NCBI GenBank assembly: GCA_010909165.1
Contig: MU008167.1
Location: forward strand, 868,001-932,000
Length of the DNA stretch: 64,000 nucleotides
Source of the DNA: Anthoceros angustus
Taxonomy: Eukaryota; Plantae; Anthocerotophyta
Reading direction: 5' to 3'
The notes under the pieces are model-generated. The model was given only the letters and a program-made list of their open reading frames with translations, was not told the DNA's origin and did not search any database. The number at the start of each line of letters is the position of its first letter. Position 1 is the first letter of the stretch. Position numbers and translations under genes: made by a program. Positions 26,481 through 37,135 of the stretch are shown one piece after another.

Positions 26481-27319
26481 ACCTTTATAAGGTGCTTGGG
26501 CTAATCGAGGACGATGAAGGCCGCGAGGATGAGCAATATAAAGCGAACAAGGTGGACAACAGGACACATATTCTATGCATTGCGAAATTGAGGGAAAGGT
26601 TTGGAAGAATGTTGATAGTATTTTCACAAAGTGGGAGGCCATGGAGCTACCGGGTGCAAAGCATGTGGCAGCCGGGACCAGCAAGAAGGGCAAAGGAAAA
26701 CGAAAAAGGTGATGAAACAAAGTCGTTGAAGGTGTCTTCAAGCCCAAAGAAATGCGTGGCAAGCCATGGCGCAGCTTCCAAGGTATTCCTCCGTGGGAGA
26801 CCGGAAGATGCTAATTAGTGTGAGAGAAGGTGTTGAGTCTTCTAGACGAATGGAATGTCCAAGGAGGTGACATCTGGAAGAAATTTCATGTCATACAAGT
26901 GGCTATGGCAAAGCATCCGGGTGTAGTTCATTCGACATGGTGAGAGAAGAATACCCACTACACTCATCGGATGCGATGTCGCGAGGTTCCAAACCGCCTT
27001 TGAGGGAAAGGTATGTCCTTCTATGTCCTGTTCGATTAGATTGGTTGAAGCGGCATCTTGGCCTGTCGTTTATTTCATTTCAGCGGAGGAGGAAGAGGCG
27101 GGCGCGGCATGCGCGCCCGCCTCTTCTCCCGGCGTGTGATTGTGAAGCTTTAGCGTTGTCTTCGTCACGAAGTAAAAGATGTTGAAGACACGAAGAGAAG
27201 ATTTCAAGCTTTCATACTAGAGGTGCACACATGGAAAGGCTTGGAGGACGAGCAAAGGGCACTTGCAGACATGGACATGGAGGAAGGGCTCCAATCTTTC
27301 ACGGTGCCAAAAACGGAGA

Positions 27320-27990
27320 ATATTGTGAACTACCAGGTGGTATCAAGAGATGCCTTGGACATGCGGGGGTTTTTACGGTTCAAGGTACACACTATTGTTG
27401 ATGGATGTGCCTGTGGGATTCAATAAGGGACAACATGATGTGAAGATGGATCGTCGGTGAACACCATTTTCCATTCTTTCCATGACATGACAAGTTGCTC
27501 GGAGATTAGATTGATAGTCATGCATGGAGTAGAAGAGCTGCACATGGTGAGAGAGGCAATGCGGAAGTGGTGCACAGGTGGAGGGATGGTCTCCTTCGTT
27601 TGGGATAAAACGAATATGCACAACGACCAAGGAGGCTATGACACTGTGGAGTACATCACGGTGGGCTGGGGTTTCACCTCCAGCAGCAAGATCGGAAGAT
27701 GTCTATGCTCCCGAATAACTTGCAGGGCTCTTTCAACAATGGGCGTGCGGTCTTGCGCCGGTGTTCTTTGTACGTATATGTCATTTGACAAGGCGGTGGT
27801 ATGTGCATACGAGGCCTCTAGGCGATGATGAAGCTCATCAAGAACTTTTCGAAGAGGGAGGCGGGTTCGGATGTATGTCTTTGGGAGTGGTACTACGACA
27901 TTGGCAACACATATGGGACGCAATTGTATTGCTGTGGATATTGATAAGCGGTGTGCGGAGTTTATTCCACAGAGGATCCATGGATATGAA
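27320..27990 (+). pseudogene. Beta-class amino (N6-adenine / N4-cytosine) DNA methyltransferase domain
   Basis: Motifs in beta order: NYQVVSRDALDM..F...VHTIV; MDVPVG (27401-27418, DPPYG-like); FVWDKTN...YDTVEYITVGW; KLIKNFSK; FGSGTTTLA (from 27880); GRNCIAVDIDK...FIPQRI. Several frameshifts. Confidence 0.75.
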
Positions 27991-29216
27991 GTGCTTCCAG
28001 ACGCCGAGGAGGAATTGACTCATGAGCCGCACCGTCGGGGACCCTCCCAATTCTGGGCTAAGGAATTGAGTTTGTCTGAGAAGGATGTCTCCCAGGCTTA
28101 GGTGGTTCCTTTGGGGTTGAACAGGATGAAGGAGATCACAGGAGATATTCTGGACGATGGCCAACAAACCTTGCCCACCTTATGGCAGCCTGAGAACAAG
28201 GGGAAAGGAAATGATGGTGGCTTTTTGGATGCAGAGAATGCCATGAGGGAGAATGACAACTTCGAAGACGCGGAGGAGGCAAGGCTTAAGAGTACGGAAG
28301 TAGTATTGGATAGCGTGTCTGGGCAGTGCCCACCGGAGTCCCAACCCTGTGCGGATTAATTGGGTGATTAGGTCAAAGTTGACGGTGGCAAGGCTGTCCG
28401 CAGATTCCATGGATGCGTTATTGTGCAAAAGTGCCGTCATGCCGGCGCCGTTTGACTTTATACATGTTCTGTGTTTGGGATTTGAATCCTTTTGTGCATT
28501 TGTTCAGTGCCATTGCCGTGTTCATAGTTCGCTCACGTTCGTTGCATGCGCCGACGCAGACTTCCTCATGACCATATCTAGCATATTATATACGATGAAA
28601 TCGGACCAAACCATCCCATGTATCGACAACCCGCGCCAAAACACGATGAATGAAAAAAACCGCTTTTGTGACCGTCGAGCACAAAGAAAAGTGGTCCGAA
28701 GTTTCTGGAAGCGGCTTCGTATATTCAGCCCTTTCAAATATTACCATGTTTACTGTCCTCCTTAGTAACTGGCTTGTTGTTGTAAGGTTTGTATGCCTGT
28801 GTTGTAAACGCCCTCATTGTAAAACCTAGCGTCCCGTTGTAAACCACGCACCGTTGTAACCAGACTATGATCTGTTGTAAACCGTAATCGTTGTAAACCA
28901 CACTTGGGCGGTTTTACAACAGTAGTCGTAGAAACGAAACATCTAATTTTGAAAAGTCCTAGCTAAAATCGTTTTGTGTTGTAACCCAGAAGAGCCCTCG
29001 TTATAAAAGCGCTTTCGTTATGCCACGTCATAAGGAAAACCCGTGGCTAAATCCCCCCCATAGTAAAATACCAGAACTTCTGTAGTAAAGCGAATGGCTA
29101 TACGTGAAAATAATACTTGAACCATGAACACCCGTTGTAAAATGAAACTACCCTGAAATCTCTCCTCGCTCTAAAAAATAGCCTCTAATAAAAGACCCGT
29201 TTTCCTAGTAGTGGTG

Positions 29217-29700
29217 GTTGAAAAGTGAAATTATGGATACCACCTTCTGAAGGCCTACACAGACTTAAGCAGTCTCCGAGGATGTGGTGTGAAAGGCCGG
29301 ACACCTTCCTAATCTCGATCGGCTTCATGTGAAGGCATGCCGATTCAAATTTTTATATAAAGATGGTAGGGTTAGCCCGCATAATCATAGCCGTGTATAT
29401 GGATGACTTCATTTTGGCCAGCGAGAGCAGTGAGTTACCAGAGGAAGGAGCTATTTACCTTAGCCAGCGGAAGTACATCGAAGACATCCTCACTAGGTTT
29501 AAGATTCAATGAAGAATCTTACCAAAAATTTGATCCTTCACTCCCGATTTGAGCATTACGACTTTAGATATCACTTTATCCGAGAGTGCACTGAACAAGA
29601 TATTATTGAAGTTCAATTATGTCCAACCAATGATAATGACATGATTATTAATGACATGACATAGCGGTGAAGCACACAAGATTCTACAAGCTTCTCGGCA
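29217..29700 (+). mobile_element. Ty1/Copia pol remnant (RT and RNase H fragments), 3' part
   Basis: LKQSPRMW; DSNFYIK; IIAVYMDDFILA; YLSQRKYIEDILTRF; HYDFRYHFIRE. Confidence 0.85.
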
Positions 29701-30153
29701 TCAAGACTCCTTGATATGCCGTTACGGTTTGCGTGCCACTGAGAATTGTGATGCCCATGCTACAGTGCTTAGTTCGAGCTCATTTTTGATCTCTAGCTGC
29801 GTGATAGTGTCATTGTCAGGTATTCAAGTTTTCTTAGCAATCTGCATTGTGTGCGTCTCAAACCGCGTAAAGATTCCCCCCTCCCGTCTCTTTCAACATG
29901 TTGGTGTGGGAAGCCTTAGAAAATATTAGTAAAGCATCATGAAGCGCAAACGTTTTTTGAAGACCTGTGTAGATAGAGTACACCATGCTCGTAATTGTGA
30001 AGGTGACATCATAGCATGACATTTTTATTTAGTTAATTACTTGAAAAAAATTAAATCCATCACGAAGGGCCTATTAAGAAGGTAATTTCTTTTGCGTTTC
30101 TTTGGTACTTGGGATAGCCATGAATGGCAAGCATGTGTGAGCGGGTATCCAAG

Positions 30154-30265
30154 ATTTTTACAGGCTAGATATTGGGTGTTTTTATAGGCTAGATATTAGG
30201 TTTTTACGGGCTAGATATTGGGTTTTTACAGGTTAGATATTGAGTTTTTACAGGCTAGATATTGG
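30154..30265 (+). repeat. ~21-23-bp tandem repeat TTTTTACAGGCTAGATATTGGG, about 5 copies
   Basis: Directly visible. Confidence 0.85.
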
Positions 30266-30778
30266 GAGATGTGTCTATACACAATTTGCGAGGCGGTAGC
30301 CAAAACTTAAGCTCCTTTGTGAATACCTTGTTCATCCCATATATTGGTGTTCTATTCTACACACTGTGGCAATACAGCAGGGGAGAGGCCAAGAGCCTGT
30401 ATTCCTTCGCCCACTGTTCAGGCCATCAAGCCCTTTTCCTAGCATTGGGGCCAACAACCCTCTTAAATATCCGTACTATGTCATTGTTGTTTATGTAAGA
30501 GTGTCCAGTTTGTGTGAATGCCTGAACACAGCTACTGACCAATTCTATGGATTGTTGAAGTAGTCCATACCGCCGTGAATAGCGATGACTAGTTCTTGAT
30601 GCACCGACCTTGGAATGTCCCTAGTACGAGTATGTATATGCCCTCTTATTTGAGTTACTTATGTACATCTGTACATCCATCCCCAGTGCATCAATATGCT
30701 TGTAAACATATGTATGACCCTGTAACTAAGCCCCCTTACCTTACATATCTGTGTGATTGTAGATGCGTGTAGATCTTG

Positions 30779-31610
30779 TTAAGTCAAACAATGTCTTTTA
30801 ATTGGGAGAAAAAAATTTGATGGGAAAAAGCCCATCCAGCAGAGGACAACCAAGGGAGACCCAGAAGGTTATGGTGAAAAGGAGCAGCTAAGCTTCTTGC
30901 CGGAAGTCACCAACTACGCTTACAATGTCAAATGCGAGAAGAGTAAACAGCCTACAAACAACAGAGGATGAGGAGGATGCATCACCTACTGTTACCACTC
31001 TGTGGATGATCGTCGTGGAAAGGGCCCGTTGAAGGGCAATTGAGACTCGCTGTCTAAAGAACGCTGTGAAGTAGGAAAGGGTTAGCCCCACACAGTGCCT
31101 GTGGGCGTGATAAGCCTTGGTGCAAGACTTGATAAATGTATCAAAATCCTTAGTCATCGCCCCATATATTTCAAGGGCGAGAGGAATGAATTGGTGGCCC
31201 ACCTACATCCCTCTATATTTCTTGACTTTGAGAGCCATCGCCCCGGTAGCAACCCATCCTGGATGGTTAGTAATCACTTGCGTAGAGATGGTATCGTGTG
31301 CAGGGTCAGTGACCATGATGTCTGCCACCGAAACCCAGTCACCGCGGACGAGGTACAAGTTAGCCCCGATTGCTCAACATGTACGAAGAGTGTACCCTCT
31401 CTCCCTCCAGGCCATGTAGCTGCTTTCGTGGGCTATGGCGAACATGACATCATGGGTGACATCTTGGGTGGCTATGCGATGACCCCCATGGGACAACGAG
31501 CGAGGTGAATGCCAGAGTCGTCGAGGGCAAAGCTGCACTCGCAGGTAAGGAGGGAAGAAGCCACAGGCTGGAGCAGGCCAAACGGTATCGCATCGCAGTA
31601 GAGAAGATGG
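30779..31610 (-). mobile_element. 5'-truncated CRE-like non-LTR retrotransposon (Zn knuckle + RLE + 3' UTR), a different family from 174-9683
   Basis: CECSFALDDSGIHLARCP; VADIMVTDP; KVKKY; HQFIPLALEIYG; FFRQRVSIALQRA align with the 272-1345 ORF; 3' UTR shares a hairpin with it. Confidence 0.8.
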
Positions 31611-32296
31611 TTGTGTGCGATGTGGTTTAGTCAGACCAACCGTAACAGCCCCAAAAATTACTTAGGCTTTCTGGGGTTAAAAAGGCATCTTAAATTACAT
31701 TTTATCGGCACCACGGCCCGCTGGCTTTTGGCAAAAACTAAGGCACGAATTACGATTATCAACTCCAAAGTTTGAGGCTGAACTACAAGATATTCATGGT
31801 GGGGCAATGAGGCCCGGGGCATTTGAAAGAGGAAATAGGAAAGGTGCATTTAAGAGAGGATGAAAGGAGGCCCCGTTTTGAGGTTTTGAGGGGGCCACGA
31901 ATATTATTGCGACGGGAGAGGCAGATAAGTGTTTCAAATGGTGCAACGCAATTGGGGAGCGTGACGTTTTAGACGTCTCCTCGCTGGAAGAGCAGGGTCC
32001 AGGCAGCCCGCGCCAGGCCCGATGCAAACGACAGCAGCCGGTGGAGAGAGAGAAGTAACGGGAGAGAAGACGTACTTGGTGGCTGGTGCCCGTGTCAGAG
32101 CGGCAGGACAGGCCCCAAATTTGGAACGCATTGTAGCATTCCTCGGTGCATGGAGACGCAGAGCAGCAGCAGCAGTTGCGGCAGCGGTTGCGTCGACAGC
32201 AGCAGCAGCTCAGATGCATGCCCGCTCGAGGCTGCCGACCCGGAGCCTGGTGGGCTGTGACAGAACACGCGCCCAGCATGCCTTTCTTCTGAGGCG

Positions 32297-33772
32297 ATGG
32301 AGCCGCAACCGAGCCCCGCAGCAGCAGCTGCTGCTTCCGACTTCGAGTTCAACACTGTGGCGGCTGGGGATGTGAAGGGGGCGGATGACCTCTTCTTCAA
32401 GGGCCAGCTGCTCCCGCTGGCCCTGCCTCCTCGCATGCAGATGGTGCACACCCTGTCCCTCCTCCAGACGCAGGCGGAAGCCAAGAGAGAAATCGAGGAG
32501 GCCGCAATCTGGCCCAGAGACGGGGGCTGTCCCTGCGGGGACAGAAGCTGCGGGCTGCGGGAGAGAGGGAGGAGATGCCCCGAGGTCCCGATGCGGGCTG
32601 TGCTGCCGCAGGTTTTTCTTGCTGAGAAGAACAGTGCTCGAGACAGTGCGTGGTGCAGCAGGAGCTTTTGGGGGGATTCGTCCTCGCAGCCGTCTGATTC
32701 ATCGTGCGCAGACAGCTCAAGTGAGTCGAGGGATTCCAGTGGGAGCTCGAAGGACTCGGTGGATCTGTCGGGGGAGAAGGGTGAGGTGGCGGGGAATGCT
32801 AATGCTGGGCAGCACAAATTCTTCCACAACCTGGTGGCTTTTGGGAATAGGACGGGCGCCCAACAGCAGCTGCAGTTGCATGGCAGGAATGGGAATACCA
32901 GGATGTTTTCCTGGTTGAAGCCGGCGTCTTCCAGGTGGAATGGCATTTTTGGGGGCGGCAAGAAGGGGGCAGGGAGCGGCAAGAAGGTGGACATGGAGGA
33001 GGAAGTGGCTGCAGCAGCAGCAGCAGACGATAGGGTTGTTGGGTTCTTGCCTAGGGCGGGGAGTCCGGCTAGGGACTCGTCGTCGTCTGATGATTTGCCG
33101 GCTCCCCGGCTGCGGCACTCGGGGCCCATCAGCGTTTGTGATGACGAGTTTCTGGGATGCAAGGAGCGGTTGTCCGGGCCGCTTTCGTACAAGGACTCGT
33201 TTCAGTGTGATTGGGAGGGGCTGAGGGCGTCGGTGAGGACCCAGAATCTGGCGGAGGAGAAGCGGGAGTGGCAGAGCGTGCACTGCTCGTTCAGGGAAGA
33301 TAGGGAGGTTTGCCAGCCGGACCCAAGAGGGGGCAGCAGCAGCAGTTTGGGTGATGGGCAATACGGTGGGAGGGAGCCGTGGAGTAATGGAGCTTCTTTT
33401 AGAGACAGCAGCCGCGGGAATCCTCGGGAGCCTGTGGAGAAACGAGGGAGTGATGTTGCTGAAAAGGGGAAGAGGCGGAGCTTGGCTGTGGAATCAGGAG
33501 GGCGGCAGGGGTATCTGGAGAAGCTCTTCAGGTCGCTGCATGTGCGGAGCAGGAGTACTGTGCCTTTGAAAACTGGAGGAGGAGACCTTGCTAGTAAGAG
33601 CAAGGGATCTTTGTCGTCCAGGCGGGGGTCAGCCGGCGCTTTGCCCTCGCTCAACCCTATTTCTAGCACTTCGACGGAGTTGCAAAGTTCCATCCAGGGG
33701 GCTATTGCGTACTGTAAGAAGTCGCAGAGTGGGTGCAAGGGGGCGCCGGTTGTGGGCGATAGGCAGGTTTAG
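32297..33772 (+). CDS. MAKR: BKI1 / membrane-associated kinase regulator (MAKR) family protein, single exon, 491 aa
   Basis: N-terminal DFEF...ADDLFFKGQLLPL, Ser-rich SSSESRDSSGSSKDS, basic patches and C-terminal ELQSSIQGAIAYCKKS, the two conserved MAKR motifs; intact ORF. Confidence 0.9.
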   Translation: MEPQPSPAAAAAASDFEFNTVAAGDVKGADDLFFKGQLLPLALPPRMQMVHTLSLLQTQAEAKREIEEAAIWPRDGGCPCGDRSCGLRERGRRCPEVPMRAVLPQVFLAEKNSARDSAWCSRSFWGDSSSQPSDSSCADSSSESRDSSGSSKDSVDLSGEKGEVAGNANAGQHKFFHNLVAFGNRTGAQQQLQLHGRNGNTRMFSWLKPASSRWNGIFGGGKKGAGSGKKVDMEEEVAAAAAADDRVVGFLPRAGSPARDSSSSDDLPAPRLRHSGPISVCDDEFLGCKERLSGPLSYKDSFQCDWEGLRASVRTQNLAEEKREWQSVHCSFREDREVCQPDPRGGSSSSLGDGQYGGREPWSNGASFRDSSRGNPREPVEKRGSDVAEKGKRRSLAVESGGRQGYLEKLFRSLHVRSRSTVPLKTGGGDLASKSKGSLSSRRGSAGALPSLNPISSTSTELQSSIQGAIAYCKKSQSGCKGAPVVGDRQV

Positions 33773-34862
33773 GAAGATTTGTGATATATATAACACGCCA
33801 TCTGCAGGTGAAGGAACGTCATTTGTTGCATGCGTAGTTTAGGCCGACAGCATAGCTAGGGAGGAAGAAGCAAATGCGGGTTGATGCCTCTCTCGAGCAC
33901 AACAGTACCCCTCTGTGAGTTTTAGCATGGTCTTCTTGTATAGTTTGTTACTACTACATAAGAATCAGGTGCTCACTTTGTACCCATCTCACATTTGCCA
34001 CAGGACACTGCAGCATTTCGTGTCGTTCCAAAACAGCTGTCGGGCAGCAGATTGAGTGCTCTAAGATGAGAGGCACGGGAACCGAGAGAGGGTGGGACAT
34101 TGATCCGGGAGACGATAGATGCCAAAGACCAAGCCTTCTCCTTCAAGCTTCGTCGAAGTGGGAGTCGCGAAAGCTATTTAGGGTTGCGGGACAGCGTACA
34201 TCACAGTGACATCATGTGACTCGTGAGGAAGATAGTGTACCCTGCTTCGTATCACCAAGTGTGCGAACCATGTGCCCGCTTGGAAAGAGACTGGAGAGAC
34301 TGGTACGCTCGCTGTCGGGGCCACATATCTGTAAGTCATGCAATCTTCCAAGAGTGAAAAGTCGCGACTCACGTCCCTAGTAAAAGCGTTCTGAAATGTC
34401 CCTAGTACTTTAGCGTCTTTAGCCGGCGTCCACACGCTGGAGCCCACCTACATACAACTCTCATGGGACTTGGATCTCTCATGTCCAGTAACCCTTTAAT
34501 TGCTTATACCCGTACCCTGGACGGACGCTGTCCTTCCCCTCATGCAATGCCCTCCTCTACACTCTTTTATGGGTGCTCTCTCCCATCTTTCAACTGAGAA
34601 TCGCTTTTATAAAGTCTCCGAGTTCAAATAGAGTACAAAGAGGGGGGAACAGTCCAAGTCGATAAAAACAGTGACACCAAAAGGACATCAAGCAAATTGA
34701 AAGAAAAATGACTTGGCTCAGCCACAAGACAAGCGAGCAACAAAGCCCTTGGGCACAAGAAGGAAACCCCAAGAGGGTACTGTTCCTCCTCCCCATAGCG
34801 CTCCTACCCTAATAAAACTGCTCCTACTTGAAAAAAACCTCAACTGTTTCATAACATGCCAC

Positions 34863-35864
34863 TTAATTGATTGCAACTCTTTCAATTGAAGCATCAGACT
34901 GCTTAATATGAATTCCAGCTTTCTTAACACTATTGCCTGGAGCTTCATATTCGTTAATGTGAGCTCCATCTTCCAGAACACTTTCCCCTATACCTCTAGA
35001 TTCGATAGTATGAACTCCACCTTTTGAAACACTATCCCCAATAGCTTCATGTGTATGTGTGTAGCCCATAATTCCATATCTCTCCTTCCATCTAGAAACC
35101 CAATTAACGTTTAACCTTTTGATCGGCTTGCCTGAATCGTAAGGAATAAGGTTATAGATTATCCTAGCCAATTCAGTAACTAGGGTGTCTGACAATATCG
35201 TACCCTTCGCACTCAAAGATTGGAACCACGCATATACAACTTCATCAATACTATCATCTATAGCTTCAGATTCATTCATATGATTTCCATCTTCCGGAAC
35301 ACTTTTGCCTGCAGCTTTAGGTTGTTTCATGTGAACTCCATCTTTTAGAACAATATTGATTGTAGCTTTAGATTTGTTAATGTGAACTTCATCTTCCGGA
35401 CCATTGTCACCTTTAGCTTCATGTGTGTAGCCCATAATCCCATGTCTCTTTTTCCACCTTGAAACCCAGTTAGAGTCTAAGGATAAGGTCGGTTTACTAG
35501 GACCATCAGGAAGAAGGTTGTAGACTATCCTAGCCAATTTAAGTACTAGTTTGTCTGACAATATTGTACCCCTTGCGCTCAAAGATTGGAACCAAACATA
35601 TACAATTTCATCAACCACTGGACACTTCAGTTTTCTTCTTCGCTTAATTTTGTCCAAATTGTTATTTTGACATGAGACTTCACTCATGAACACTCCACTC
35701 TCTCGCAAAGTCCTCCGAATGACCCACCGTGACACTGACATAGAAAAATGTTTACATGCCCATATTGTCATTTGTTTCTGAGACAAGTTCTTGTTTTCAC
35801 TATAGTAGACACATATCTCTCGTTTTTGAGCCCGTGTCAAAGAGTTACGTTTGAGAGAGGCCAT
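34863..35864 (-). CDS. CENP-B / pogo-derived DNA-binding protein (CENP-B N-terminal HTH + two HTH_Tnp_Tc5-like domains, no DDE domain), 333 aa
   Basis: KRNSLTRAQKREIC...SQKQMTIWACKHF...VSRWVIRRTL; two copies of DE.VY.WFQSLSA.GTILSD.LV..LARI.Y...NWVSRWK.R.GI; uninterrupted ORF. Confidence 0.8.
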   Translation of the reverse strand: MASLKRNSLTRAQKREICVYYSENKNLSQKQMTIWACKHFSMSVSRWVIRRTLRESGVFMSEVSCQNNNLDKIKRRRKLKCPVVDEIVYVWFQSLSARGTILSDKLVLKLARIVYNLLPDGPSKPTLSLDSNWVSRWKKRHGIMGYTHEAKGDNGPEDEVHINKSKATINIVLKDGVHMKQPKAAGKSVPEDGNHMNESEAIDDSIDEVVYAWFQSLSAKGTILSDTLVTELARIIYNLIPYDSGKPIKRLNVNWVSRWKERYGIMGYTHTHEAIGDSVSKGGVHTIESRGIGESVLEDGAHINEYEAPGNSVKKAGIHIKQSDASIERVAIN

Positions 35865-36566
35865 TGCTCAGAAGGGTTAGTATTTCTATCTAAAGGGAAG
35901 GCATATCATGCATATATAGTAGGGTTTAGAAGTAGCGTTCGAGCTTAAGGTTTCGCTATTGCTTGGAAGGGTTAGGTATAGGTTTTAGGTTTTTGTTGTT
36001 TAAGTTTGTGTTTTTATCTATAGGGGAGGCATGTCAAGCATATATAGTAGGTTTTAGGAGTAGCATTCGAGCTTAAGGTTCGGGTTTACATTCCAAAGTA
36101 CAAGGATATGTATTTCAATAGTATAAAAATATAGAGAAATTATAGAGTGTTTATTAGGGGAAGGCTCTAGAAGTAGTATCAAAAGGCATGCATAGTATCA
36201 TGCATATATAGTAGGCTCTAGAAGTAGGTTTAAGTTTAGTGTTCGATTTAAGAATCCAAAGGACAAGAGAGTACATTGTAGTACTAAGTATTTACAAATA
36301 GACATTAGGGCCTATACAAACATTTCTCATCTGGCCGGTGTGAAGTTGAAAAAATTGAAGGTTTAAGCCTAAGCCCAGTGATAGCTTGGCGTGGGGAGGA
36401 AAATTGGCTTGCCAAGAAATCTTGTACACATGAGGGAGCCTTTGACAAGAACTCATGGAGTGTAGGTTGGGAATGTCTTCCGCATGTATTTACACATAAT
36501 AGCTCTCTTGCGGACTTGCAAAATTCTTCTTAGCTTGTAGCTGTCCTCCCCTCTTGCTATAAGATA

Positions 36567-36745
36567 TCAGTTGGTTAAAAGGTCCTCATGACAGGAATGA
36601 TACCAATTGGTTAAAAGGTCCTCATGGCAGGAATGATACCAATTGGTTAAAAGGTCCTCATGGCAGGAATGATACCAATTGGTTAAAAGGTCCTCATGGC
36701 AGGAATGATACCAGTTGGTTAAAAGGTCCTCATGGTAGGAATTTT
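36567..36745 (+). repeat. 36-bp tandem repeat, about 5 copies
   Basis: Unit TTGGTTAAAAGGTCCTCATGGCAGGAATGATACCAA. Confidence 0.9.
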
Positions 36746-36940
36746 GAAGTGTGGCTGTAAGATGCCAGTCGGTAAGAAGGTCCTTATGGCCATAATGTTG
36801 AAATCTGGCCAACATAGGTTTTGCTAAAAATAAGAAGGTCCTTATGGCCATAATGTTGAAATCTGGCCAACATAGGTTTTGCTAAAAACAGATAGCCATA
36901 GCTTCTTAGAATCATCTCTCGGGTGTAAATTGTGTACAAC

Positions 36941-37135
36941 CCCATCCATTGAAAGCAAAGAGTGGTGAAGTTGTGTGAAAAATTGTGTAAAATCCCATCC
37001 ATTGAAAGCAAAGAGTGGTGAAGTTGTGTGAAAAATTGTGTAAAATCCCATCCATTGAAAGCAAAGAGTGGTGAAGTTGTGTGAAAAATTGTATAAGATC
37101 CCATCCATTGAAAGCAAAGAGTGGTGAAGTTGTGT
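36941..37135 (+). repeat. 53-bp tandem repeat, about 3.7 copies
   Basis: Unit CCCATCCATTGAAAGCAAAGAGTGGTGAAGTTGTGTGAAAAATTGTGTAAAAT starting at 36941, 36994, 37047, 37100. Confidence 0.9.

Larger units (their letters stand above)
17398..28760. mobile_element. Sola-like (Sola2-type) DNA transposon nested in CACTA 2, carrying ParB-like / DNA methyltransferase cargo
   Basis: 32-bp perfect inverted repeat AACATGGTAATATTTGAAAGGGCTGAATATAC at 17408-17439 and 28719-28750. Right terminus reads GAG inward (ends CTC at 28760). Encloses a Sola-type DDD transposase. Left outer 10 bp are degenerate and no TSD is recognisable. Confidence 0.7.
11948..29213. mobile_element. CACTA element 2 (17.3 kb, contains a nested Sola-like element)
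   Basis: Perfect 25-bp TIR CACTACTAGGAAAACGGGTCTTTTA at 11948-11972 and 29189-29213; TSD GTG (11945-11947 / 29214-29216); TTTACAAC/TTGTAAA subterminal repeats; Copia RT resumes after it. Confidence 0.95.

Noticed and set aside
26030-27990. ParB-MTase as bacterial or phage contamination
   Set aside because: It is nested within TIR-bounded eukaryotic transposons inside a Copia element whose RT resumes after the TSD; no operon context.
32095-33738. Long antisense and alternative-frame ORFs (365, 214, 178 aa)
   Set aside because: Shadows of the GC-rich MAKR coding sequence with no motifs of their own.
36567-37135. 36-bp and 53-bp repeat arrays as a CRISPR array
   Set aside because: Units are head-to-tail with no unique spacers, there are no cas genes, and the context is eukaryotic.
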